64,000 bases of DNA from a bacterium. GTDB lineage: Bacteria; UBA8248. The stretch lies in the NCBI GenBank assembly GCA_965213685.1, contig CBDBZY010000064.1:480001-544000 (forward strand), written 5' to 3'. Positions 48,313 through 61,676 of this stretch are shown one piece after another (the stretch's first letter is position 1; each line of letters opens with the position of its first letter). A program made the translations under genes and the position numbers. The notes below the pieces were generated by a model. That model saw nothing but the letters and a program-made list of their open reading frames with translations. It ran no database searches and was not told the origin of the DNA.

Positions 48313-49389
48313 TTGAAAAACTCTTCATTCAACTGAATGACTTCTATTGAGTGAGTCAGAACACACATGCACTTGAGAGCAGGCAGCCCACCTTCCCTGG
48401 CCCCTGTCTCTTCCTACATTTGCCTGATGGCATGAGTTGTGTGTTGCATGCAGTGTGTGTGGTCAACACTGCTGTGTGTGGCCCCCAGGTGCTGACTCAT
48501 GGAGTCTATACTAAGAACAACTGGTAGTCATACCCATGGCACATCTCCTCTCTGCATCTCTAAGGTACACAATGACTGGTGGGGGTGGAGTGTGTGCATA
48601 TTCGTAGGGAGGTACACAGGTACTAGTGTTGACTGTTTATGTACACAGTGTAGGTACTGTCCAGTAGAGCATGTACACACAGTCAGGATATTAATGAAGG
48701 AGATACAGTAGTGTTTGTGTAAACCCAACCAGTCCTAACATGTACTGCACATCAACGTGCCGTCTCAACCATATTGTGTACTGCAAACAACATGCCATCT
48801 CAAGCTCATGGTATGTGCTGTGTCTCTCTCTAGCAGGAGACAGCGTGGGGCACCTCCACTCGACTAAACCCAGACAACTTGAATGAGGTTCATCTAGTGG
48901 ACCTCTTAGTGGGCCCTGTGACTCTGGAGTACCTGCATGGCACCATATATATAACAGCCCCCCCAATCTTAAAACTATTCCTACACCTATGCCTGGACAG
49001 CCTCCACTCCTACCACCTGCCAGTCAGTGGACACTGCATACTGTTCATACTCTCCCACAGTACACATAAGCAAAGCACACTGAGATCATGTACTCACAAT
49101 GTATTGCTGTATCATCCAATGCTGTGTTTGTGTCTGCTCTCGGCTCTGCAGGAGCTGCACGCTGCATTCGACCACAAGTGCTGAGACACAGATAGACTAG
49201 AACACTTTGTGTTTTAGTTACATCACATGATTGTACCTTGTACAAGTACCTTCAGAATGATAATGCACCATGTTTAACTACAACTAACAGCACACTGATT
49301 ATCTAAGCACTACAAAATTCACACTGTCTTGTACACACCCTAAGATGCAAACTTCAAGTCACAGATCCAATGATGTGTGTTGTGATGAT

Positions 49390-52300
49390 CTACTGCCTAG
49401 CCACGAGTTCATAGGCAGGTTCCTGTGTCCCAGTTCCAGTCTGTGGTATGGCATGGGGACATACATGCTTTTGGGAAGGGTCAGGTGCAGAGGTGTGCTG
49501 TGTCTGTGGCTGGTTCAGGGCCACCAGCTCATACTCATGCCTCTGGCCTCCCTCCTGAGGGTCATGTGATACCACACCATAGGCCAGGTTACTTGATGTG
49601 GACATGGAAACATCACCATTGGCTGCTCTGGTGATCTCACTGCAGAGAGATTTGAGTAATTGCTAGTACGTGTATGTAGGGCATATCCGATCATCCTGAC
49701 TTACCTGTTATGACTAGATTTTCTTCGGGACTTCAAGACAAGAAGAACTACTACAACAACAGCTACACCAATAACTGTAGATACACTAACAGCTACTGCC
49801 ACAGCTACTACTCCACCTAGTACAGCAGAGGTCCTGGTGGTCTTTGTGAAAATATATTGCCTCATTGATACTAGCATAATTAAATAGTTAATGCTGACCT
49901 AAAAGATGGAATCCCACAGCACTCTTCTCCCCTGCTCCAGCTGAGTTTGTAGCCCACAGAAGTACTGAGTATGATCCTATCATCAGGTCATTAATCACCA
50001 CACTGTTTTGCATTGGGTGTGTCGATATATTGTTTGTCTTTGTAGAGTCACTGTAGGTCACTGTGTAGCTGAGGACATGGCCCCTGGCCTCATCAGGTGA
50101 GAGCAGAGCCCACTCCACTCTCACATGAGTACTGTCAAGCACACTGGTACTCAGATGGCCAGGGGCTCTGGGAGCTGGAGCAATGCACAAGTGGACACTC
50201 GGACAATGACCACATACAGTGTTGGCCATCAGCTGCACTCACTCAGCTCCTCAGTGAACACATACTCAGTTGCCCTCCACTCTCCCTCTCCAGCACTGTT
50301 CACTGCAGCCACATACACCCTGTATGGCACTCCACTGTCTGCAAGAGAGGGAAGGGGTAGTCCTTGCAGTGTGAGAGGAAGTGTATCATTGAGAGAGAAG
50401 CTCACCCAGTTGGCTCACTAGCACACTCTGAGCATGAGCTGGGCCACTGGTCATTAGGTACTGTGAGGATGAGTTGACCCACACAAGGTAGTGGGAGGTG
50501 ACTCCATTGGCCAGCTGGACTGGTCCCCAGGTGATGTCCAGACTGGAGCTGTTTACAGTCTTGACGGTAATATATGACACAGGACCTAAACCTACATGTA
50601 TGCATAGTGTGAGATAAATGTGTGTTATACACAATGACATAGTCCTAATAAATTAAGTTACCTGTGAATAGAGCAACCTCAGACGTTTGTCTGCTGCCCC
50701 CACCATCATACTCAGCTACACATGTGTACTGGCCACCATCTGACATTCTGAGAGGCTGAAAATGTAACTCAAGGGTCGTCACATGCCCACCAGTGCTTGT
50801 GTTGAGAGTGTGGCCTGTGGAGTTCCTCCACCTCAGACCACTTAGTTGTTGATCACAGGGCAAATGTACTGTGCATGCCATTGTGTAGGTGTGCCCAACT
50901 ACAGAGACTCCAGAGGACTGGATTTGAAATGCTGTAAAAGAGACCAGTCTTTTACACCCACTTATATCTGTAGAATATAACTCACAGCTATCTCCTGTCC
51001 TGAAACTCTGCACACCACTTACAGACTTGTCTGCTGTGTTGGTGGCCACCACTTGGTACTGGTAGTTGGTGGCTGGCTCCAGGTTGGATAACTGTACTGA
51101 GTAGGTCACATCTGTAACGATGATGTCAGGTCCACTCTTCTGAGGGTAGCTGGTCAGGTTCAGGCTGTCCTGACTGGTCCCATACTCCACCACATAGGTT
51201 TCAGGAGTGTAGGCTATGGAGGGCACTGTCCACTGGATAGTGGCTCTGTTCCCACTTATAGCAATCACTGCAACATTCTGTGGCGGGTGAGGGGCTCTTG
51301 GACCTGCACACATGTGAAGGAGGAATGAGATGTTGAAACTAGCAAATCAGTACTTACCAATTAGTGAGACAAATGCTTGGTCTGTGCGATGAATGTTGTC
51401 AGTTCCTTCCAGGTCAAACCTGCACCAATACCCAATACTGCCATTGATTGTCTCACTCATAATCAGTGTACTGCTACTCCCATTGTCAGTGTGGAACATG
51501 TCACTGACGGGCAGAAATGAACCACCTCCCACTCCTCTTTTCTTCCACTGCCACGTCCTCCTCAGCTGTTCCCTCCCCTCCAGTCCAGTGACCTCCACTG
51601 TGGCAGAGCAGGTGGCAGTGAATGTGTTGTATGGAGGAACGTCAAGTATCCCAGTGGTGGCTGTTGTCATGATAACAGTCACTCTAGGAACTGTAACGAT
51701 GAGCAATATAGCTCATACATGTATGAACAACATGAAGCATTTAGTCATATGAATATATATCTGCCTTGTGGACAGTCTAGTTCACTAACCTGCTACTTGT
51801 AGAGGTGTATTGTTGGATACTCCTGTCTGAGTCCTCAGATATGTGTACTGTGCTGTAGGACTAAGGACTACTTCACAGGAGTAGGTTCCATTATCATTTC
51901 TGTAGCTGAGAGGAGTGAATTTAGTAGTGCAGCGATATAGAGTAGGAGAGAGTCTTTCAGTGTCAGGACAGCTCCTGAAGCTCCGCCCATTCTTCCTCCA
52001 TTCAACAGATACATTCACATGTGTATCAGTCACAGTGAGCAAGGTCACATCACACTGCAGGGTCAGGTTCAGACCAGCATAGAGTATGTCTGGAGCACCT
52101 AATGCTGTGGCAGTCACTGCAGGTGGGGGCACTGGAGAAGAAAGTTTGGTACTACATATAAATCAACACACTTACACACACACACACATTCATGATGACT
52201 CACCTGTGACTAGCACCACCTCAGACGTTTGTCTGCTGCCCCCACCATCATACTCAGCTACACATGTGTACTGGCCACCATCTGACACTCTGAGAGGCTG

Positions 52301-55300
52301 AAAGTGTAACTCAAGAGCAGTCACATGACCACCAGTGCTTGTGTTGAGAGTGCGGCCTGTGGAGTTCCTCCACCTCAGACCACTCAGTTGTTGATCACAG
52401 GGTACATACGTAATGCATTTCATTGTGTAGTTGTGTCCAACTATAGAGTTTTCAGATGACTGGATTTGAAGCAATGCTGTAAAAGAGTATTTGTTATTTA
52501 TTTGCACAAATTGAAACTGTAGGACATAACTTACAACTGCATATATCTCCTGCCCCAAAACTCTGTGCACCACTTGTGGACTTGTCTGCTGTGTTGTTGG
52601 CTACCACTTGGTAGTGGCTGTAGGACTAAGGACTACTTCACAGGAGTAGGTTCCATTATCATTTCTGTAGCTGAGAGGAGTGAATTTAGTAGTGCAGCGA
52701 AATAGAGTTGGAGAGAGTCTTTCAGTGTCAGGACAGCTCCTGAAGCTCCGCCCATTCTTCCTCCATTCAACAGATACATTCACATGTGTATCAGTCACAG
52801 TTAGCAAGGTCACATCACACTGCAGGGTCAGGTTCAGACCAGCATAGAGTATGTCTGGAGCACCCAATGCTGTGGCAGTCACCGCAGGTGGGGGCACTGG
52901 AGAAGAAAGTGTGGTACTATATCAACACACCTATACACACACTAATGATGACTCACCTGTGACTAAAACCACCTCAGATGTTTGTCTGCTGCCCCCACCA
53001 TCATACTCAGCTACACATGTGTACTGGCCACCATCTGACACTCTGAGAGGCTGAAAGTGTAACTCAAGAGCAGTCACATGACCACCAGTGCTTGTGTTGA
53101 GAGTGTGGCCTGTGGAGTTCCTCCACTTCAGACCACTCAGTTGCTCCCCACCAGACACATGTACAGTGCATGTCAGTGTGTAGTGGTGCCCAACTTCAGA
53201 GTGTCCAGAGCTCTGTATATGTAGTGCTGTGTATACTATGATACACAGCTATTCAATATGATGTACACTGCTTATAGAATTGTTGCACAACTTACAACTG
53301 TCTGATGCAAGGAAAGCATGCACACCACTTGCAGTGGACCTGTCTGCTGTGTTGGTGGCCACCACTTGGTAGTGGTAAATGGCTGGTTCCAGGTTGGATA
53401 ACTGCACTGAGTAGGTCACATCAGTAACAGTGATGTCAGGTCCACTGTGCTGAGAGTCACTGGTCAGGTCCAGGCTGTCCCGACTGGTCCCATACTTCAC
53501 CACATAGGTCTCAGGAGTGTAGGCTATGGAATGCACTGTCCATTGGATGGTGGCTCTGTCATTACAGACCTCAGTAACCATCACATTGTACGGTGGTATT
53601 GGGTTAGTAGGACCTATATGTTTGTGTTGTATGGATGTTATTATTGTAGTAAAAGATCAAGACCAGAGAATACATTTCTATTGAGCTCCCTGAAATACAT
53701 CTCTTATCAACGAATTCATAGTGATTCATACCTTGTACTTCCAGAGTTGTTTCATTGTATCCTTGAATACTTCTTTCTGGAATAAACCTAGCTCTACAAC
53801 GATATAGCACTTTCTTCATTGTGTCAGTCTCAGTGGTGGTCAGAATGCTCTGGTAGCCATCCTCAGGGGAGCCCGTTGTCACATACTTAGTGGAAGGAAC
53901 AGCCGAGAAAGATGGTTGATCAGATGAAGCCTCTGCCTTTCGTACCCAGTACACAGTCATCTCCAGAGGAAGAGTCTCCCCCTCAACTTCAGCACTAACA
54001 TTGCAGGTCACTGTGAACTGGTTGTAGGGAGATATATTGAGGATATGAACTGAGGAAGGAGAGGACTCTACCATCACTGACGGAGCTGCAGGAAGAGTGG
54101 GTGGAGGAAATCCTTGTTCATTAGGAATATACCTCACATTTTTGCAACTGTATACAGATACACAGTATGAACTAACCAACCACAGTCAGGTTCATGTCTT
54201 GAGAGGCAGTAGTGGAAGAGAAGGTTCCCTGTAGAGCAAAGACAGTGGCCTCACACTCATACCTTTCACTGTCAGAGGACAGGAGGTGAGTGAAGGACAT
54301 GGTACTCTGAACAAAACCACCAGAACCAACTGGACCAGCAATTATGACTCTGCCAGCGACTCCAATGAACTCACTGCCAGCTTTCAACCACCTCACAGTT
54401 ACACCAACATCACCACCATCCACCACCCCAGTCAACAGAACACCACACACAACAGTGATGTCATTGCCAACATAGGGCACTTTGTTGTTATTGATTCCCA
54501 CACTCAGTGATGGTGGTGGAACTAAAGAAAAGGTATCACAGTTAGCACACAGGAATGAGTAACTACAGTCCATCACTCACTGATAACAGCAACAGTGACA
54601 TTGCCACTCCCCTCAGGAATCTCATCCATAGTGTAGGTAACTGTGCAGGTGTAATCTCCTGCCTGGGAGAGAGTGAGAGGGTTGAGTGTGTGTTGGCTGG
54701 TGTAGGTACTGCCACTGCCCACCACACTCCCAGTGGTGGAGAGACCTGGCCCCTCCCACTGGACAGTGGGTGTCTCTAACACTCCAGTGGGGAGGGTAAT
54801 GGTGCAGGTGAGGGTGAGGGAGGAGCCAGCTGTGGCTGAGTCTTGGGCTGTTACAGTCACTGTGGGAGATGTAGCTAGAGGAATAGAAGCATTTTAAAAG
54901 TGGATTAGGTTCATGTGAACAAAAAATGATAAAAGTACAAGTTGCAGTTTGCCGAGGGCGGACATGATCACGTGATACACGCTCTTAGAAAGTTAAGCGC
55001 CTACCTCCTATTCAGGTTGGCTCTCCGTTTTCGTAGCAAGAGCATGCAAGACATACATATCTTTCAATAGCTCTGATTGAGCCAAACACGAATACTGCGT
55101 GAACCCTGTTGAACCCCTAGGTCGCTGAAGAGATACAGCCGTTTGAAATTTAGACAGCCGTATCTCTCTGTTCCCTCCGGGGAAGGGAACAGTACGGTTA
55201 GGATGAGAATGGTCGAGCCTACAGCATAATCCTTGATTACGATATCGGCTGCTCCTACACTGTAGCAATCCAGGTGCGGGTTCACTTTTATGTACATACG

Positions 55301-58300
55301 AATGTAGAGGGTGTACTTTGAACTCGAAAGCATGTAATTATTACGATACAGTACGTGCGCGTGGTCATGTGATAGTCATGTCGAACCGCCTCCGCCAGAC
55401 AACCACAATAAGCAGGCTAATTGCCCAGTACATTTGAGAGCAGCAGGCACGTATTGTACTGCCTCCTGCTGCAAACCTATGTACTGACCTAAGTGAGAGG
55501 CCTCTAAGAGACATACATGGCTTCAAGTGTAAAAGAGAAACTGAATATGAAACTGTGATAGTACTACATTCTGAAGAACCACATTTCAGCTGGGAGATAT
55601 GTGGCAGTTATCTACATGTTCTGTAAGGGTGATCTATGTATAGTTAGTGCATGTAGAGCAAAGACCACATGTGGGGCTCTAGCTATGGTAGTATTAAGGT
55701 ATGATGTGCATAAATACCTTGTGGCCAATATCCTTGCAAGTATATCTACTGTTACCAGCTAAAACTACACATGAATAGAGAACATTTAGGAACATTTTAT
55801 AGGCAGCCATCATCTCATGTTGCAGGGGCATAGGAAGATGCTTTTGGATGGGGGGGCTGACCTTGTGGTGGCCCAACCAGGCAATTTTTTTTATGTGCAT
55901 GCTCTGAAATCAATCCTGGTGCATTCTGAGACAAATTATAATTGATAGGAATTATACTTAAAATGGGCCCATACTCTTAGAGCAAACTAGACAGCTACAG
56001 CTACTAAAATTTCAGCTAAAGCAGCTAATTGCTAAAGCAGCTTCACAGTATCTATTACAAGTGCAATAAATGGGGGGTGTGGCCCTTCCATAAACATGGG
56101 GGGGCATTATAAAGCCCCCCCAGCCCCCCTGCTTCTTACGCCAGTGTGTTGCTATTTTTGACAGCTTGTTTGATGTTATTTGTTCATTAGATGTTTCTTA
56201 TTTTTCTAATTATTTTATTCTTCTTGGTGATTTTAATGTTCATATGCTGTCACCCTCTTCTCTTTGCTATCATCTCAATTCTATTTTACATAGATTCTCT
56301 CTTGTACAGATTGTTACTGAGCCCACTCACATCAAACACGATGGATCTTCATCCCTGCTAGACCTTGTTATAACTTCTACTCCGGAAGCTGTTTCCACTT
56401 GCTCTACTCTTCCTCCATTGGCCAATTCAGATCACTATGGAGTCCTTATCAATTTTCAGTGCAAGCTGGTTAGAGTAACAAGGAAAAGAAGATTTGTATG
56501 GAGGTATGAGCATGCTGATTTTACCTTGACTTGTGCACTGTTGAGATGCTTTGACTTTGGGCACCTTTTTGATGGAAGATCAATTGATATGTGTTGGACT
56601 CAATGGAACAATGCATTTTTGGAAGTTATGAATAGCTGCATTCCTAAGGCCATTTTGCCTGAAAGGAAGTCACCCACATGGATGAGCAAGAAAATTGTTC
56701 AACTAATAAGGAAAAGGAACTACCGTAGATCGGGAAATTTTCGTCGTTAAAAATATTTCGTCGGTGCCTGTAACGTCGAAATTTTAACACGCGAAATATT
56801 TTCCACGTCGAAAAATAAGAACACGCGAAATATTTTCCAAGTCCAATAATAAGATCGCGAAGCACTTCAGCGAGTAGCCTCGTACCCAGGCCTTCAACGC
56901 GGGGACCTGGGTACGAGGCTATTCAGCGAGTACACATGTGAAGCAAATGGCTGTGTTGAACCAATCGGTTCTCTACCTGATCCTAGAGGAGACTCGATCC
57001 ATGTACGCAAGTGTACAGATACCGTAAACGCCGTTAAAATTTTGTCAGGTTTATAAAATTTCGTGTTTTTAATTTTCGTCGGTGTACTGGAGCGACGAAA
57101 ATATTTTAACGCGACAATTTGACAGACGAAAGTTTCTACAGTTGAAAATTTCCCGATCTACGGTACTACTTCAGAAAGCACAAAGCAACCAAGTCTACCA
57201 TCATGCATGGAAAATACAGGTCTCTCAGAAATAAAGTGGTTGCAAGTCTACGTCAGTCGAAGTGCAGTTTTTACATGAATCTCAAGCCAAAGTCAAGCAA
57301 GACTTTTTGGAAAACTGTTAATACTCTTTCTAGAAGTAAGTCAGCCATACCAACTCTTGTTCATAACAATGTTGCTGTTGCTTCCGATAGGGGTAAGGCT
57401 GAAGCTCTTAATGCCCATTTCACAAAGTGTTTTAGCTATTCTGTTCCTCCTATCATCTGTGGTAGCTGGCACTATTCCACTTCTGATGAGATCTCAGACC
57501 TACTTTGCAGTGAGGAGGAGGTAGAATTTCTTCTTTCATCTGTTGACCCCAACAAAGCCACTGGCCCTGATGGCATATCAGCTAGAATGCTGAAATCAAC
57601 TGCTGCTAGTATTGCACCTGCAGTTATGGCAATCTTCAATTTGTCTCTGATTCAAGGCCAGTTGCCTATGGAGTGGAAAGTGGCTCAAGTCATACCAATA
57701 CCCAAGTCTGAACAACTATCTAATCCTACTAACTACAGACCAATTTCCTTGCTCTCCATTCTGAGTAAATTGTTAGAAAGGTATGTGCAAACCCACCTCC
57801 TCAACCATTTTCACTTCTCAAAAGGAAAATCCACTACTGGTGCTCTCCTGTCTGCAACACATGCCTGGCATATGGCTCTTGAAGCTGGAGAGGATGTTTG
57901 TTGTGTATTTTGGACTTGACAAAGGCTTTTGATAAGGTTCCGCATTTATCTCTCTTACAAACACTTGCTGAACATGGAATTAATGCACACTTATTGAATT
58001 GGTTATATGACTATGTAAGCCAGAGGTCCCAGTTTGTAGTTGTGAATGGTGAGAGGTCAAAGTGCTCAAATGTCATTTCTGGAGTACCTCAAGGATCTGT
58101 GCTTGGTCCTCTTCTCTTCATCATCTACTTGGATGGCATAACAAAACTTCCACTTCATGATGGATCTTGCTTATTGTTATATGCTGATGACATCCTACTG
58201 TATCGCCAGACACAACATCATGAGGACTATCTACTTCTGCAACAGGATATTGCTAGTCTGGAATTATGGCTGCAGCAAAAATATTTGCAGTTGAATGTTA

Positions 58301-60030
58301 CCAAATGTAAGTACATGGTTTTGACTAGGAAATACCATCCCGATCCCTCACATCCTTAGCAATCCAAGGAGCTCCTATTGAGAGAGTTTTTGAGTTTAAA
58401 TACTTAGGAGTATGCTTGACTCACAACTTATCTTGGAAATCTCATATACTACAGATATCTAAGAAGGCTAGGAAGCAGGCAGGAATTATTTACAGAACCT
58501 TTTATAAATATTCAAATCTTGACTGCCTGAAGCAATTGTATCTGTCATTTGTGAGACCTCATCTTGAATATGCTGCACCTGTGTGGGATTCCTACTGTTC
58601 CTCTCATGTTGATATTCTAGAGAAAGTCCAAAAGTTTGCTCTTCGTATTTCCTACAAGGCTTGGAAGGAACAGTACACATCTCTTCTTGAGAGATCTGGA
58701 CTGCAGCCTCTGGCTATACGAAGGAAACTTTTGACACTCTGCTACCTATATCATCTGATACAGGGTAATGTCACTTTTTCTGAGGCTCCAATTATTCCTA
58801 GGAACCTTGACCCCCAGCTTAGAAACTTCTACCCACAACTTCTTTGCCAGCCATATTGTACATCCACCTCATACATGTTCTCATTGTTTCCACATGTTAT
58901 TGCATTATGAAACGCTTTACCTTCTCCATTGCATTGTGTTGATACATTTTCTGAGTTTAAGTGTAATGTTTTGTCCTTCCTGCAGGCTGATTGTGTTGTG
59001 TTGGTGTAATATGGGTGCATTGTTTATTAGGAACATGCTACTAATATATCCCTGCGTGTATGTGCAAACTTTTCATAGGAAAAAAAAGGTATACTGAAAG
59101 AGTATGGCCTGGAAAATGAGAATACAGATTGATAGTGGTTAAGTATATTTGATTCCTTTATCCACGTGCACAACATTCACGATTAACTGGTTCTCTGAAT
59201 ACCTTTACAGTGGAACCCCTCTAAAGCGGACACCATTGGGACCAGGATTTTTTTCCGCTATAGCGAAGTGTCCGTAGCTCAGGGGTTTAGGTGCTCACGT
59301 GTGTGAATGCGCGCGCATGTAGCTAGTGTCCGTATAGGCTATACACACTCATAGGCTGAGGTCAAGATGCGAAAATCTGACTTCGCTGGGAATCCAATCG
59401 TTCGTGAGAAGCCGCCACATGTACCGTACATCACAGATACGTGTAGTTTAGTCTTGACCTACGTGAAGATCATGAGCTTCAATGCTATATATACTTACCA
59501 AGTTGGTATTATTGCTGTATCTACAGTCTAGTTTGTTGTAGCTATTGGGATATAGATGTCCGTAATACAAAATATCGAGGTGTCTGTATCTGAGGGGCTG
59601 ATTTGTGAACTTGAACTTTATATAGGCATGCGTTTGAGACCTTTGATGTTCCTCGTTTTTCGGGAGTCCAGCATAAAGGGATTTACTTTACAATACTAAA
59701 CTGTCCGTTGTGCGGGGTTTTCTAGTATTGCGAGTGTACAATTGGGAACGGATTACTGTCCGTTATACGGAGTAGCGTGGTGTCCGCTATTCAGGGGTTT
59801 CTAATGTATTCAGTCTATGGAGAAACGATCGGGACTTTCAGAACTGTCCGTTATATCGTGGGTGTCCGCCGTTGAGGGGTGTCCGTTAAGCGGGGTTCCA
59901 CTGTACTCCTTAAACCATAAAATACTCACTCACCATTTCCTGCTGTGTCTCCTATGTTGGTAGTAGCCAACATCAAGGCAGAGAGTAGAAAGAAGTTTAC
60001 TGTAACTTGTACCATGCTTCTCTTCTGCAT
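49390..60030 (-). CDS. Ig-like/fibronectin type III single-pass receptor with tyrosine-motif tail (one chimeric out-of-frame exon)
   Basis: Signal exon 60030-59934; phase-1 domain exons 54874-54581, 54521-54177, 54085-53732 (Ig), 53613-53296 (FN3), 53226-52957 (Ig), 52896-52535 (chimeric), 52476-52204, 52131-51790, 51690-51358 (Ig), 51303-50986 (FN3), 50931-50662 (Ig), about 50585-50406, 50338-50243, 50174-49899 (FN3); TM about 49840-49705 (acceptor unresolved); tail 49639-49390. Ig D-x-G-x-Y-x-C and FN3 W...Y...L-x-P...Y-x-V-x-A-x-N motifs. Confidence 0.8.
55823..56146. mobile_element. MITE with 5-bp TSD (hAT5-like)
   Basis: TIR caggggcataggaag/cttcttacgccagtg; TSD tgttg; interrupts the LINE endonuclease frame. 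Confidence 0.82.
56723..57163. mobile_element. Tc1/mariner-pogo type MITE
   Basis: TIR ccgtagatcgggaaattttc/gaaaatttcccgatctacgg; TA TSD; removal restores the LINE frame RNYYFRKA. Confidence 0.88.
56875..56921. mobile_element. 47-bp hairpin MITE with 9-bp TSD
   Basis: tagcctcgtacccagg...cctgggtacgaggcta flanked by ttcagcgag twice. Confidence 0.88.
59208..59903. mobile_element. Tc1/pogo (Tigger-like) MITE
   Basis: TIR cagtggaacccc...cggacacc / ggtgtccg...ggggttccactg; TA TSD. Confidence 0.85.
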
Positions 60031-61676
60031 GAGGTGTTTGTGCACAACTTCTACATATGTTAACAACATCTGTTACACTGCAGACACTCTACATATTGCA
60101 TACATACATTCAGTCCCAAAGGAAAAGTAAAATCTAGTGTGGGAGAACAAAAACGTAGTGTGGGAGAAGAAAAACTTTGTGTAGGAGAAGTAAAACTCTC
60201 TTGACAGGAATGCAACTGAGATAACCACAACATGTTAAAAATAGCTATCTCAGTTTTTCTTTGTAGGTAGGTTGAAGTCTGTCATGTGCTCCACAAGACA
60301 TTCCTATCAGCCTGACAGGGATTTCACTTTCTGAGAAGTTGGCATAACATAATGCCACATATCAGCTGCAGGGTAATGACAAACTCTGGAATAGAAAACA
60401 CTCCTGCTGTCTGCAAGTGCAAGAACAAAGATTATTAGACCATGACCTGATCTAACATGCCACTGTCAATTACTCTTGTGTCCCAAGAGAGTGCTCATAC
60501 CTTGCTTATCACACATGCATCTTGTTCAGTAAGCAATGACTGGAACGAGAGAAGAAATATCTCTACTACTATCAAAAGAGCTGCAGGAGAAATGCAACAA
60601 AACTATTGTCATAGTCAACAGAGGTGAATATGGTGAAGATGTTCCTTTGACATAAGCATCCATACAGTCGTTAACCCATTAAGGGTGGTGTGACATTATG
60701 AATATTAATAAGGTGCTTGGTTGCTATGGGACAGTATTTCTGAAAGTACACTAGCTAAGGACGCCGGATTGGGCTAGAAGCGCTGCACACACCACAGCTG
60801 CTATACGAAGTTTCAGAACTGTAGCTTACTCTGTCACCGGAAGGTGAAGCGGTCAATTCTCGACTTTCTTTTTCATAAAACTCCCTAACTAAACCATCTA
60901 CGTTCTTGAAACTTGGTTCCTAGGGCCATTTCCACTAGCCCAATCGATTAACAGAGCCGTTTTCGTTCTACGCAGTACGCAAGCATGACTTTTTGAACTT
61001 TTCTCAGAATTGGAGCGTTGAATTTGAAAAAAACCCTCTGTTACGGTCTTCGGTACCGCCCCAGGATGACGCAAACGGCTGGGCATCCTTTTCCGGACGA
61101 GCGCAGAGGAGTTTTACAGAGTTATGCATGCTACATACCTTACACGGGCCTTATTGATTCTATGGTTTCCGTAGTTGCCATAGCAAAACCATAGGAATGC
61201 TAATTTATCTGGTTGTGAGAAGGGCGCTATACGCGTAAGCGCCCGTAGGCAACGTAACAGCGCAGCTGTGGCATATGCATGGTTTCCACTAATTAACCGC
61301 GAAGCCCAAGCGCTGCACATTCCTTTGCAGCAACGTCGTATCCATAAAAAATACATTTTGATCCCCCGCTTATGCATGGTAGTCAAGAAATATAATACGG
61401 ATTGTTGGGAAAAAAGAAAGTACAGAAGGCCATCACTTGGTGGTTGTTTTCTGAATACTAGGTTGGGAACATGAACAGGGCAGTTGGTGCTGAGAAGTTG
61501 GAGATTAATGTCGGTGTTGCCTTGGACATGTGCAAATGCAGATTGATTGTACACGTTATGGTAACAGAATCATGAAAGCACAGAAGTACAAACACTCAGC
61601 GCAATGGACTCATATATATGTGCATGCCCAGCTTTGCAATGACATTGGGCGTAAACACATGCAGGTAGGTTCTTCA

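Larger units (their letters stand above)
55787..59088 (+). mobile_element. Fragmented CR1/L2-group LINE in receptor intron 1 (antisense to the gene), with nested MITEs
   Basis: Endonuclease (GTFYRQP, GDFNV, SDH) and RT (NYRPISLL, GVPQGSVLGP, YADD) across frameshifts; A-tail at 59080-59088. Confidence 0.88.

Noticed and set aside
50078-50099. CTGATGA-GGCC-agg-GGCC on the minus strand (hammerhead-like)
   Set aside because: No GAAA box follows, and it lies in an FN3 coding exon (PDEARGH)
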